Source: Utricularia gibba (lineage: Eukaryota; Plantae; Magnoliophyta). Taken from it: a stretch of DNA of 64,000 nt. The stretch is from positions 1 through 64,000 of the forward strand of contig NEEC01000030.1 of the NCBI GenBank assembly GCA_002189035.1, given 5' to 3'. Position numbers and translations under genes: made by a program. The notes under the pieces were generated by a model. That model ran no database searches. It saw only the letters and a list, made by a program, of their open reading frames with translations, and was not told the origin of the DNA. Numbering within the stretch: position 1 is the first letter of the stretch; each line of letters begins with the position of its first letter. Shown in pieces: positions 28,284-41,484 of the stretch.

Positions 28284-31200
28284 GCGAGCACCTAACGGGG
28301 CTGGAGGTCCGGTTGGGCTCGGGCCGAAAGTCAGTTGTTGCCCGTCAAAAATGTGATGCATTTATTAACGTTGGGTTTTTGGGAGCTTCCTAGATGGTTT
28401 TTTAGGGAAAAGCTTCTCGCTTTGGGTCGGGCGCTCTTTTCGGGCACTTGGTGCGAGCCCCAGGTTCGGTGTTGCCCTGAGACGTATCGTGTTCGATACC
28501 GCAAAAATAGTGATGTATTTACTTAAGTTATGATGTCATGAGCACCGAAAGTTGCTTTATAATTTAGGTGGCACTCTCGAGGGCACCTTGATCGGGACAG
28601 AGGTCGGGTTGGGCTTGTGCCGAAAGTCAGTTGTAGCCCAGCAAATAAAGTGATGCATTTATTAATGGTTGGTTTTCGGGGGCTGACTACATGGTTTTGC
28701 AAGGAACATCATCTCGTTTTGTGGTAGCCACTCTCGCTGGGCACTTGGTTGGGGCCTCTCGTTCGGTCCGGCTCATGAAGCCAATCGGGTGCAAATCGAC
28801 GAAAATAATAATGCATTTATTTAAGTTATGATGTCACGTGCACCCCATATGTTTTTTTTTAACAACATGCTTCATACTTGTGGTGGCACTCTCGACGAGC
28901 ACCTAACGGGACCGGAGGTCGGGTTGGGCTCGGGCCCAAACTCTATTGTTGCCCATCAAAAAAAGCGATGCATTTATTAACATTGGGTTTTTGGGAGCTT
29001 CCTACATGGTTTTTTAGGGAAAAGCTTCTCGTTTTGGGTCGCGCTCTCTTGTCAGGCACTTGGTGCGAGCCCTAGGTTCGGTCTGGCCCATGAGACCTAT
29101 CGGGTTTGATACCACGAAAATAGTGATGTATTTACTGAAGTTAGGATGTCATGAGCAACGAAAATTGCTTTATACTTGAGGAGGCGCTCTCAAGGGCACC
29201 TTGTTCAGCGTGCATATCAGAAGTATCATGTTGGAAGTCGAATCGGGCTCGGGCCAGAAGTTAGTTGTAGCCCGGCAAAAAAAGTTATGCATTTAGTAAC
29301 TTTGGGTTGCCAGGAGCTGCCTAAATGGTTTTTCAAGAAACAGCTTCTTGTTTTTGAGTGGGTGCTCTCACTGTGAACTTGGTCCGTGCCCCAAGTTTGG
29401 TCCAGCTCATGAGCCCAATAAGGTCCAAGTCGATGAAAATAATGATGCGTTTATTTAAATTATTATGTCACGTGCACCGCACATGACTTTTTTACCATCA
29501 TCCTTTAAACCTCAGGAGGCGCTCTCGGGGGGCACCCATACCAGGTCGAAGGTCGTGTTGAGGTCGTCTCGAAGGTCAGTTTAAGCTTGGCAAAAAAAGT
29601 GATGCATTTATTAACGTTGGGTTGTCAAGAGCAGCCTACATGTTTGTTTAAGGAACAGTTTCTCATTTTCGAGCGTGCGCTGTCGCTGGGCACTTTGTCC
29701 GAGCCACTGGTTCTCTCTAGGTCATGAGCCCAATCGGGTCCGAGTCGATGAAAATAATGATGCATTTATTTCGATAAGTTTGTCACTTGCACCCCACATG
29801 ATTTTTTGAAGAACATCCTTCAAACTTGCGGAGGCGCTCTCGGGGCACCCGTATCGGGTCTGAGGTCGAATTGGGCTCGGGCCCGAAGTCAGTTGCAGCG
29901 TGGCAAAAAAAGTTATGCGTTTAGTAACTTTGGGTTGCCGGGAGTTGGCTACATGGTTTTTCAAGAAACAGCTTCTCATTTTTGAGTGGGTGCTCTCGCT
30001 GTGAACTTGGTCCGTGCCCCATGTTCGGTCCGGCTCGTGAGCTCAATAGGGTCCGAGTCGACGAAAATAATGATGTGTTTATGTAAATAAGTATGTCACG
30101 TCCACCACACATGAGTTTTTCAACAACATCCTTTAAACTTGAGGAGGCGCTCTTGGAGGAACCCGGATCGGGTCGGAAGTCGAATCGGGCTCTGGCAAAA
30201 GTATGTTGTAGGCCGGCAAAAAAAGTGATGCAGTTATTAACAATAGGTTGTCGGGAGCAACCTACATGGTTTTTGAAGGAACAGCTTCTCGTTTTTGGCG
30301 GGTGCTCTCACTTGTCACTTGGTCCGAGCCAAGGGTTCCGTCTAGCTGGAGAGCTCTATAGGGTCCGAGTCGACGAAAATAATGGTGTGTTTATGTAAAT
30401 AAGTATGTCACGTGCACCACACATGAAGTTTTCAACAAGATCCTTTAAACTTGAGGAGGCGCTCTTGGAGGAACCCGGATCGGGTCGGAGGTCGAATCGG
30501 GCTCGAGCCCAAAGTAAGCTGTTGCCCGGCAAAAAAGGTTATGCATTTATTAACTTTGGGTTGCCGGGAGCTGCCTACATGGTTTTTCAAGGAACAGCTT
30601 CTCATTTTTGAGCGGGTGCTCTCGCTAGGCACTTGGTCAGGGCCCCAGGTTTGGTCTATCTCATGAGCTCAGTGAGTTCCGAGTCGACGAAAATAATGAT
30701 GCGTTTATTTAAATAAGTATCACGTGCAACCCACATGATTTTTTCAACAACATCCTTTAAACTTGAGGAGGCGCTCTCGGGGGCACCCAGATCGTGTCGG
30801 AAGTCGAATCGGGCTCTGGAAAAAGTCAGCTGTAGCCTTGCAAAAAGAGTGATACATTTATTAACTTTGGGTTGTCAGGAGCAGCCTACATGGTTTTTCA
30901 AGGAACATCTTCTCGTTTTTGGGTGGGTGCTCTCGCGAGGCACTTGTTCTAGGGCCTAGGTTCGGTCAGGCTCATGAGGCCAATTGGGTCTGACTCGACG
31001 AAAAACGTGATTCATTTATTGAACTTAGGATGTCATGAGCACCCCAACTTGTTTTTTTCACAGCAGGCTTTATACTTGAAGAGGCGCTCTCGGTGGGGTT
31101 CTGATCGGGCCTGAGGTTGGGTCGGACTCGGTCCCAAAGTAAATTTTCGCCTTGTAAAAAAAGTGATGCATTTATTACCTTTGGGTTGTCGGGAGCTGCC

Positions 31201-32110
31201 TACATAGTTTTTCAAGGAACAGCTTCTCATTTTTTAGTGGGTGCTATCGCTGGGCACTTGGTCTGTGCCCAAGTTTTGTTTAGCTCATGGGCTCAGTCGG
31301 GTCCGAGTCAACGAATATAATGATGCGTTTGTTTAAATTATGATCTCACATGCACTACACATGATTTTTTTAACATCATCCTTTATACTTGAGGAGGCGC
31401 TCTCAGGGGGCACCTGTATCAGGCCGGAGGTCGGGTCGAGCTCGTCCCCAAAGTCAGTTAAAGCCTGCAAAGAAAGTGAAACATTTATTAACGTTGGGTT
31501 GCTAGGAGAAACCTACATGCATTTTTAAGGAATAGTTTTTCATTTTAGGGTGGGCAGTCTCGCTAGGCACTTCGTTCGAGCCGCTTGTTCGCTCTGGGTC
31601 ATGAGCCGAATCGGGTGCGAGTCGATGAAAATAATGATGCATTTATTTAAATTATTATGTCACGTGCACCGCACATGATTTTTTTAGCATCATGCTTCAA
31701 ACTTGAGGAGGCGCTCTCGGGGGGCACCCGTATCAGGTCGGAGGTCGGGTCGAGTTCGTCCCTAAAGTCAGTTAAAACCCGGCAAAAAAAGTGATGCATT
31801 TATTAACGTTGGGTTGTAAGGAGCAGCCTACATGGTTTTTTAAGGAACATTTTCTCATCTTGAGGCGGGCACTGTCTCTAGGCACTTGGTACAAGCCGCT
31901 GGTTCCCTTTGGGTCATGAGCCCAATCGGGTCAGAGTCAACGAAAATAATGATGCGTCTATTTCGATAAATATGTCACATGCACCCCCACATGATTTTTT
32001 CAACAACATCCTTTAAAAATGATGCATTTATTGACATTAGGTTGTCGGCAGCAGCCTACATGGTTTTTCAAGGCATAGCTTCTGGTTTTCGGGTGGGTGC
32101 TCTCGCTAGC
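28284..32110 (+). repeat. Oldest, most diverged satellite layer
   Basis: About 12 monomers carry gaggaggcgctctc, ttgggttg and gtcgaatcgggctc variants. Alternate monomers resemble each other (e.g. ~28,283 and ~28,893; ~29,240 and ~29,868). Confidence 0.9.
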
Positions 32111-33012
32111 ATTATGCTACAACGACACTAGACTTGTCCTCAAGTTCTAACTAAGACTAACAGGAGCTAGCAATTGAGGAATTTCCAACAGCCATGCAGA
32201 GACTTGATTTTTAGGTTCAGAATGCAAGAATGTAAAGAGTGCTAGTGTGCAAGACGGGTAATCACTCAAGCATACATGTTAATTTCATCAAAATAAGTGC
32301 CTTCAAAGATTAAATAGGTTAGCATGACACAATTAGACTTTCAAACGGGTGATGGTAGTCTCTTTTCATTTTTTTTTCTCTCTTCACTCTCTTTTTTTTT
32401 TATTTGTACAAAGATCAAGAGCAGGGAAGTTTCCAAGCTCAACTAAGGCAATTTTCGATTCCCTCCTTCGTATATGGAGTGTGGGCTAAGCACTCCTCTC
32501 CTTATTCCTCTTGAGGGTTTCCTACTCCTCTGAGTCATTCTAGTAACCTCCCTTCTCTCTTTACTCTATTGTCTACACACACTTTTTAATTGTGTGTTGC
32601 TTTTCAAGACATGGGGTCTCATCACTTTTCTTATGATGATGCTTTTCTGACCCCCTCTCTTTTTTTTCTTTTTTTTTTTTACATCTATCTATAAGCTTTT
32701 CGATCATCAGTATCCATGAAAGAGCCAAATGTGTCAGTTTGCACAAAAAAATCTCGATTGCACAAATCAGAGTCTATCACACATGTTTCTACCTCACGAA
32801 AATAAGCAGGTTAAAAGTCAAGCTCACAGGTGTATAAATTGTTAAAGCAATATTCATGCATCATGTACTTTATGAAAAGCATCACGCATGCATATGAAAA
32901 TTCCCCAAATAGCTTTCAAAATTCTCCTAATCCTAGTATCGAACTACTAAATTACTTCTAACTTAGACTAACACCCTAAAAATAAAAATAAAAATAAGGC
33001 AATGCAGCATTG

Positions 33013-34854
33013 TTACTTGGTCAGGGAGGAGTCTTTCACTCCCTGTTTTAGTTCCTTCACTTCCCTTAGCAAATTCCCGAGCCTGTCATATATCATGTCA
33101 ATTCTTTCAGTGCAGCAGCAAACTTTCTCGTCCCTTTGCGTCATGGCTGTCTGATCAGGGGTTTTTCCTTTTTCCTTCATTGGAGGTGCCTCCCCACAAA
33201 GTCCTGCAAGAGACTTAAAAACAAAACCACTTCCTCGTGCACGAATTAGTCCAGCAATTTTAAGAAAATGAGCATCAAGAGGGGCTACCTTTGTTTCTAC
33301 ATGGAAAAATTCCAACTCAGAAATTTTATTAGAGCATAACCTTTGAGCAAGAAAGGTAACGACATTACTGAACCCAAGATGGTTTATGGTATTCCTCCGA
33401 TATTCTCGGTTCATTTGCTCTGCTAAAATTGCCCCTAAATTCAAGGGTTTCTTGTGCAACAAGCACCACATGACAAACAAATCACGCTTGTACAGAGAAT
33501 TAAATCCGAAGGCCCTACCAAACAGCATAGCAGAAACAAGCTTTCGTTCAGAGTCTTTATTTAAAGAAAATAAATCACATGTTGATCGGTTAGAATTTCA
33601 TAAACCTCTTCAGCATTAAAGTCATTAGGGTAATCAAACAATGAAGTAGCAAATTCATGGGATTCAACATGCTTTTCTGTACAGAATCGTAAAGCTACAT
33701 TCCATTCAACAATTGATAATGAGAAATTCTTTCCTAGCAATTTAAACGTAATGGCCGATGGTGCAAGCATAGTTTCTGGTTTCTCATAACAAAAGGTAGA
33801 AGCAAATTCATACATCCATTCAACATAAGAAGGACGGTTCAAATCACATAAAATAAGTAGTGCAGAATCCTCTAAAATTGAGTGAACTTCTGTAACTATA
33901 CTCAATTCTACCAATATTTCGAAATCTATGACCCGACAAGGCAGCACCCTTGCCCCTTTTACCTCATTGTACCTGGCTGTGAATTCTTCTTCATCGAAAC
34001 GTAGGTACTTGAGGTTGAGTGTTTCTGCATGTTGCTTGAAGTATGGAATGCCCTTGCTGCTCATTTTTCGCTGTGATTTCCCTTTTTCTTCCTCTTCAAC
34101 CCTACCTGAACTCAAGTATAGTGGAGCAAGGTTAGGTAAAAATTTCTCTGTTTTTGTTTGTACCTGTTCCTCCTCCTCACTGGCATTCTTCTCCCATTCC
34201 TCTATTTCTGGTTCAAGTTCCTGCTGCTTCTTTGTTCTGCTCCTTGTTCTCTTTGCAGCCAAATTCCTCGTCCTCTTCCTCTGCTGTACCAGCATTCTCA
34301 TCTGGTTTCTCCTTTCCCATTTGAAATTGTTCTGCCTCACCAGATTCTGCCTCTTTTTCTACAGTTTCGTGCTCTACAATTTCTAGGACTTCCTCAACCC
34401 CTGCTGGTGCGATCTCTTCTTTTGATTCCAAGTTCTTCTCCACATTTTCAATAACCTCTTCCACTGCAGTGTTTGTGGTGGTGTCTTTCTGCTTCCTCTG
34501 GCCCTTTCTCCCCGGTTTCTTTTTCTGGTAAACAATTTGGGGTGGCTCTGTGGATGATTCTTCAACAGCCAATTTCCCTTTTCCTTTGTAACTTCCCTGC
34601 AATTCCCTTAATTTCTGTTGAATATCAGAGCTGGTGGGTGTCTTCAATCTTTGACTCCTACGTTCTACCACAGGTTGTTCCCTTGTTTCTTGAGAGCGGA
34701 CTCCACCCAAATGTCCAGCATGCAAGAGGGCATCAACTCCCTGAAATTTTTCTTCTCTAGCAAACACATTCTTGTTTTGTTCCTCGGTAGGAGCAATTCC
34801 GACATCTTCCCCAGTTTTCTTGCGCTTACTCCACAGAAAAATATTTGAAACCAA
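33013..34854 (-). pseudogene. Athila ORF2 / env-like protein, broken into three frames
   Basis: ORFs 34213-34854 (E/K-rich), 33561-34340 (RYNEVKGARVLPCRVIDF...YVEWMYEFASTF) and 33013-33528 (DLFVMWCLLHKKPLNLGAILAEQM) lie downstream of integrase, the position of the Athila extra ORF. Confidence 0.75.
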
Positions 34855-34925
34855 ATGAACATTACCAGGGAATTTACCCCCAAATTCATCAAGGGTTTGA
34901 CGGTAAATCTGTAAAATCCGAACAT

Positions 34926-37900
34926 TTACTCACGACCCCTGTACGTTACTTCATGTAACCGCAATGTAACTCCCTTACTTTTGCAACAGGAACACAACAA
35001 AGATTCTCCAAAATTACTCCTAGCTAAGTCTAAAAATGCAGAAGTAAAATAACGAGAAAATTCCAACAAATTCCACGTTGTTTCTGTGTCCCTTAGGACA
35101 AGAACTTCAACTTCTTTAGCAAACCTGTTTTGAAGATTTTCATAAAAAATCTTCAACCTAGGTCCATTCACAATAAAACTTGTGTTAGTCCCTCCATCAT
35201 AAACCTCCACTGTTTCGTTTGGGAAAACTTCTTTCAGTACAAATGGTCCAGTCCAACGAGATTTGAGTTTCCCTGGGTGTAACTTCAGTCTGAATTGAAA
35301 CAGCAAAACTTTCTAACCAACTTCAAAGGACCTCCTGGAAATATGCTTGTCGTGGTAACTTTTAGTCCTAGCTTTGTAACTTTGAGCTTTCGTACGCATC
35401 ATTTCTCAGCACTTCCAGTTCTGAGAGCTACAATTTTGTTTGGCTTGCACTAAGACTTTCATCAAGGTTTAGTCTCTTCACTGCCCACCAGGCCTTGTAC
35501 TCTAATGTAGCAGGTAACTTGCACGGTTTTCCATAAACTAACCTGAATAGAGAGGTCCCAATTGGTGTTTCATTTGCTGTTCGGATTGCCCATAAAGCAT
35601 CCCTCAGTCTCAGACTCCAATCCTTCCTGTTTGGGTTTAATCTCCCTGTTTGATAACTCCGTTTGGTCATTTGTTTGTGGATGGTATGTTGTTGATGGCT
35701 TATACCAAATGTTGAACTGCTTCAATACACTTCTCAAGGCCTGATTATAAAACTACGTACCTCTATCACTGATCAGTGCCTTGGGAGTCCCATATCGCAC
35801 AAAAATGTTATTATGTAGAAAATTGATCACTATCTTTGCATCATCCATCCTTGTAGGAATGGCTTCAATCCACTTTGAGACGTAATCAACGGCCACTAAA
35901 ATATAGTTGTAGCCTGCAGAAGTGGGGAATGGCCCCATAAAATCAATGCCCTAAACATCAAATAATTCACATACCAGGATTCTTTACTGAGGCATTTCGT
36001 TCCTATTTGATAAATTTCCCACTCTTTGGCATGGCTCACAACCCTTGCAATAAGCGTAACAGTCTTTGAAGATGTGAGGCCAGTAGAATACAGTCAAAAA
36101 AATTTCTGGCTGTACGGTTTGGTCCATGATGGCCACCAAAGGGTCTTGCATGACAAGAATTGATAATTTTAGGAATTTCAAACTCATGAACACACCTTCT
36201 AATGACATCATGATTGCATCTCTTCCAGAGGTAAGGATCATCCCAAATATAATATTTGGCGTCACTCTTCAGTTTCTTCTTCATGTGATAATCAATTCCC
36301 GGTGGCATCACTCCTGCTGAAACAAAGTTAGCCAAGTTTGAATATTAGACCAAACTAAGAATAATTGTTCATCAGGAAACATTTCAGTGATAGGACTTTC
36401 AGTCTTAACCCCTTCCATCCTACTGAGATGGTCAACGACCATGTTCTCCTTTCCAGGCCTGTCTTTAATTTCAACATCAAACTGCTGAACAAGGAGAACC
36501 CATCTGATCAACCGTGGTTTGATCTCCCTCTTCTCCATCAAGTGTTTTACCGCTGAATGGTCTGTGTAGACCACTACCTTGCTCCCTAAAAATACAGCCA
36601 AAAATTCCCTTTCAGTCAATGTATAATTTTTTTGAGCTTCATCTAAAGTTTTAGAAGCATAAGAAATAACATGATGTTTCCCTTCAATTTTCTGTCCTAA
36701 AACCGCCCCTACAGCATGACTACTAGCATCACACATAATTTCAAAATCATACCTCCAGTTTGGTGGTTGAATCACAAGAGCAGTAGTCACAGCCTCTTTC
36801 AAACAATTAAAAGCATTTTTGCATGAATCATCAAAAATAAATTCCACATCATTATGCAAAAGTCTATTAAGAGGCAAGGCAATCTTAGAAAAATTCTGAA
36901 TAAATCTTCTATTAAAACCTACATGCCCCAGAAATGATCTCACACCTTTAACATGAATTGGATACAGTAACTCAATCATAATTTCGATTTTTGCTTTGTC
37001 TACCTCTTTCCTAGAAATAACATGGCCAAGCACAATTCCATGATCAACCATAAAATGGCATTTTTTCAGAATTAAGAATAAAATTTTTTTCGACACATTT
37101 TCGCAAAACCTGATCCAAATGGTCTAAACATGACTCATAATCTTCTCCATACACTGTAAAATCATCCATAAAAATTTCAATGAAATCCTCACCAAAGTTT
37201 GAGAAGATGCTGGTCATACACCTCTGGAAGGTAGTAGGGGCGTTGCACAACCCAAAGGGCATCCTTCTATAGGCATAAGTCCCAAATGGACAGGTAAAAG
37301 TAGTTTTGTCTTGATCCATACCTGAAATTGCAACTTGGTTATATCCAGAATAACCATCTAAGAAACAATAAAAAGATTTTCCTGCTAATTTTTCGAGCAT
37401 TTGATCAACGAAAGGTAAGGGGTAATGGTCCTTCTTGGTCACTTCATTTAATTTTCTATAGTCTATGTACTCTCCACCCATTTTGAATTCTTTGAGGCAC
37501 CAGCTCTCCCTTCTCGTTCTCCATCACTATCATACCAGTCTTCTTGGGCACCACATGGATTGGACTCACCCATTCACTGTCTGTGATGGAATAGATAATA
37601 CCTGCATCATGGAGTTTTACAATTTCCTTCTTTACCACTTCCATCATATTCGGGTTGAGGCGCCTTTGTGGCTGGCGAACAGGTTTTGCTCCATCTTCTA
37701 ATAAAATCCTGTGCATACATATAGAAGGAGAAATGCCTTCAATATCCGCAAGGGTCCAGCCAATCTCCTTCTTGTTCCTGATCAGCACCTTGAGCAGTCG
37801 CGACTCTTGGTCTAAGCTAAGACTATTTGAGATGATAACCGGGTTGTTCATTTCTTCATCCAAAAATGCGTACTTCAGGTGTGTGGGCAGTGGCTTCAGC

Positions 37901-40332
37901 TCAGCTGTCCTCTCCTCCAGGGTCTTGACTTGCAGAGCATTCATCTGTTCTGACCCTTTTTCAGCTTCCTACTCTTGAATGGCCTTCTCAAAATGCTCCT
38001 CAACCAACTTATCCATCACGTCCACTGAGTATACACTCTCAAAATCGCTAGGATAATTGTTCATCTCTTTCATGTCCAGCATAATCTTCTCTTCATCCAA
38101 GGATAACTCAATTGTGCCCATCTTCACATTAATTATGGAATTGGAAGTGCTCAAGAATGGCCTTCCAAGGATAATTGTTGTATCGCTTGAACTCCCAGCA
38201 GGCATGTTTACCACATAGAAGTTTGCTAGAAACACTAGCTGCTCAATCTTCACAAGAACATCCTCAACTAAGCCTTTTGGAGAAATAACTCTTCGGTCAG
38301 CAAGCTCAATTTGCACTCCTGAGGCTTGTAGAGGTCCTAACCTGAGAGTCTCATATACAGAAAATCACATCACATTTATAGAGGCTCCCAGGTCAGCCAT
38401 GACTCTCCTAATGTTCAGGTCACCTATTTTGCAAGGAATAAAAAATGTTCCAGGGTCCTTGCGTTTTTCAGGTAGTTTCCAAGTCAAAAGGGTTGAACAA
38501 CTCTCACTCAGCTTCACCTTGCTTTTTCCTTCAATTTTGGCTTTGACATACAAAGTTGCTTCAGGTACTTCACGCTTTTGAGCACCAAGTCAATATACTC
38601 CAGCAATGTCAAATTTAATTGGGTATTTCCCAAGGCTCTCAACATCTTTTCTTTTTCATTTTGCTCCTCTCTCGCCTTCAACCTTCCTGGAAATGGTGGT
38701 GGGGTTACTTTTACCACGAGAGCTCAATAGCAATCTCCACCTCCTGTTCTTCAGCATCTCCTTCCACCTCAACTTCATACTCTTCTTTCGCCGCTAAATT
38801 ACTCTTAGTTTGGACTAATTCTCTTCCAGGTTTTTCTTTTCCGCTTCTCAATGTCATTGCGCTGATATTTTGTGCTCCCCCAGAGTTGGGATTCTGTTTG
38901 GCTTGCGACGGTAGGCTTTCTTTTTGCTTCAGTTCCCCAACCTCTATTGCTAGCTGAGTAACTTGAATTTCCAAATTCTTTATTGCTTGTTGATTCCTAG
39001 CTTGGTTCTTGATTGATTGGGTCATGAAAGTTTTCAGAATATCCTCCAATTAACTTCCAGAATTTCCTCCAGAATTATTCTGGTTTGGAGGCTAAAATTG
39101 CTGTTGCATCTGCTGGTTTGGCTTGCGAATTTGTGGATCTTGATAAGAACGTTGCTATTGCTCCTGGAAATTTTTCTGAAATCCTTGTTGTCCAGCTGAT
39201 GAACTCTCACCCTTGTAAGAATTATCACTCTTACTCCATCTGAAATTTGGATGATCCCTCCATCCAAGATTGTAGGTGCTCGAATAGGGAACATATTTCT
39301 TCCTTTGTGGCTCCAAATATCCCATTGCCTTCACATGTTCTTCCTCCATCAATTCGGGACATTTATCAGCAATGTGTCCATTCTGTGGCAATTCCCGTAG
39401 GGCATATTCTTAGCTTGGAATAAAAATAGTTCCTTCATCATCTCAGACATTGCTGCCACATTTTTCGTCAGCTCATTTTCTGATGACTTTGGCTTGCATT
39501 CCAGCTCATATACTCTTCTATTCAAGGCCTCTTTTCTGATTATGTGCCTGGAATGCTTAGCCAACTCCTCAAGTAGCGCAAGAGGTTCTGTGGGAGTTTT
39601 TTTCCTCAAAAACCCACCTGCTGCAGAGTCCACCATGGCTTTATCCGTGCATAGAAGACCATCATAAAAATACTTGACCAATGCATTGGTCTGAAATCCG
39701 TGGTGTGGACAGGAGCCTAGTAGGTGATTAAAATGCTCCCAATCTTCATGTAGAGATTCTCCACTTGTTTGCTCAATGTCACTGATCTCCTTTTGTATCC
39801 CTTTAGCCTTGGAAGCAAGAAAATACTTGCTAAGGAACACCTTCTTCATCCCTGACCAATCCATGATACTTCCAAACTTCAAAGAGTTGAACCATGTCTT
39901 TGCGCTCCCTTCTAGTGTAAATTGGAATACCCTCAAACAGATGACATCCTCAGTCATCCCAACACTCTTAAAGGAGGTGCAAACAACAGTGACATTATCA
40001 AGATGTTCATGTGGGTTTTCACCCACTTTTCCATAGTATTTAGCCAGAAAATTTATCATAGCTGGCTTCAATTCGTTGGCTGTGTCATCAGAGAACCTAA
40101 TACACAGCCATCTGTACGTGTGGTCAGCTACATCAAGCTCATTCAGGGTCTTCTCCTGTTCTGCCATATTGAAATCAGTTTGAGTAACAGCAAGGAGTCT
40201 GCTCAATTTTGCTGCTTCTCTCGCTCTTGTGCGGTTCTTGCTCATAGTTCTCTCGATTTCTGGGTGGAAAACAAGATCACTTGTACCAAAAGAACACAAA
40301 TGCATCAACCGAATCACAAAACAATGAAACAC
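34926..40332 (-). pseudogene. Athila gag-pol polyprotein with many frameshifts and stops
   Basis: gag ELKPAMINFLAKYYGKVGENPHEHL (39349-40332); protease VMADLGASINVM (~38,370); RT MPFGLCNAPTTFQRCM and FMDDF (37044-37481); RNase [17 protein letters not shown] (36308-37096); integrase [28 protein letters not shown]; GKLKSRWTGPF tail. Confidence 0.95.
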
Positions 40333-40336
40333 CGCT

Positions 40337-40353
40337 CCCTGGCAACGGCGCCA
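40337..40353 (-). promoter_or_regulatory. Primer-binding site complementary to the tRNA-Asp 3' end
   Basis: The minus strand reads TGGCGCCGTTGCCAGGG, three bases inside the LTR's terminal CA. TGGCGCCGTTGCC is the typical Athila PBS. Confidence 0.9.
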
Positions 40354-40356
40354 ATT

Positions 40357-41484
40357 TGATAAACGAAAAATTTACATGTCGTGGATGTAAATCTTCCTAT
40401 CAAATAAATTTATAACCTAACCCACATTCAAGCATAAAACAATTATGAGCATAGTGATTAGGGTCGAACACGAAGAGCAGGTGCTTGCTATGCGAAAGTT
40501 AATGCATGAAACTAGTGTCACGTTGGTAAAATTGGTCTTAGCTAGGAATAAGAGAGAACTACAATGGAATGTAGGAAAGAAAAGTAACAAGTTTTGGGCT
40601 TCGGTAGTTTATGGGATGGAATGGGTGATGCCTTGGGACTCTTAGGGGATGCATGCCTATCACTAAACAAGCTCACATAAATAAAAAATCATACAACTAA
40701 CTCACAAGATCTAGGTCTACCTGAATTCTTGTTTTTTCCCCTAATCTTTGGTCTACCTCTAATTAGGGTTGTTAAATTGGGTTTCACTACCTCCCTCTCC
40801 TAGATCTATCCTGGTTTGTTAAGGTAGTAGTGTGACTTATGATTTATTAGGTCTAAGGATGGATTAGCATATTTCTTCCCTCTTCACCCCAAGGCACCCC
40901 CCTCTAGGTGCTTAGCTACTCATGGCAATGGAAAGTAAAACATCTTCATAGCAGATACTAAGCAACATCCTGGCTACAAATGCTAAACAACAACGAGCAA
41001 TATAAAGCAGAAGTAGGGAAGACACTTTGTTCACACAAGAAATCCAAATCTAGTCTTAGCTAGGAAAAGTAAGCATCAAGAACTAAATTAAATCTTAAAA
41101 GAGAAGCCGTGTTCTTCTGGATCGTCTCCATCTTCTATCCTAGAAAAAATTTCAGAAACTTGTCGTGAGTCTCGAGTGGGAGATCTGCCTTCTCTCTCCA
41201 ACTTTTTCTCCTTTTGTCCAAAATCTCCCTTTTTTCCTCCTTTGTGTGTACCAATTTGTAGACTTTTGGACTCATCTTCTGCCACTACACTGTGCATATT
41301 CGGCTCCTTGGGATTTGTGTTGTGACCTGCACTGCATTATTCAAATAAAACTATAACTAAGACTAAATTGACACTACTACGGTACTTATGCACAAAAATA
41401 TAGAACTAGGCAATAAAGCATAATTTTTGTAGCACAAAATGAGTAAATTACATGCATTGAGACACTCAAAAATATGTGTAATCA
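40357..41484 (-). mobile_element. Athila 5' LTR (1,128 bp)
   Basis: Plus strand begins tgataaacg and ends gtgtaatca (TG...CA). It abuts the PBS and is homologous along its length to the solo LTR at 54,726-55,852. Confidence 0.92.

Larger units (their letters stand above)
1..32110 (+). repeat. Tandem satellite array, ~311-bp monomer, roughly 100 copies; continues beyond the left edge
   Basis: Head-to-tail repetition of gggcacctagaacgggacaaagg...gtcacgtgcaccccacatgattttttcaacaacttactttatacttgaggaggcggtcttggg every ~310 bp. Landmarks (gatgca, tcatga, cacgtgcacc, ctttatacttgaggaggc) stay traceable to ~32,110. Confidence 0.98.
32111..41484 (-). mobile_element. Ty3/gypsy LTR retrotransposon, Athila lineage; decayed, 3' LTR missing
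   Basis: Order on the minus strand is LTR, PBS(tRNA-Asp), gag, PR, RT, RH, INT, env-like ORF, long 3' non-coding region. The Athila-type cttgaggacaag motif appears as cttgtcctcaag at 32,133. No second LTR precedes the satellite junction. Confidence 0.93.

Noticed and set aside
73-31528. Dozens of recurring ORFs (MHLLTFGFQGLPTRFFKEQLL..., MRRRSWGHLERDK...)
   Set aside because: They are translations of the satellite monomer. Frames switch freely with homopolymer indels, and I recognise no protein motif.
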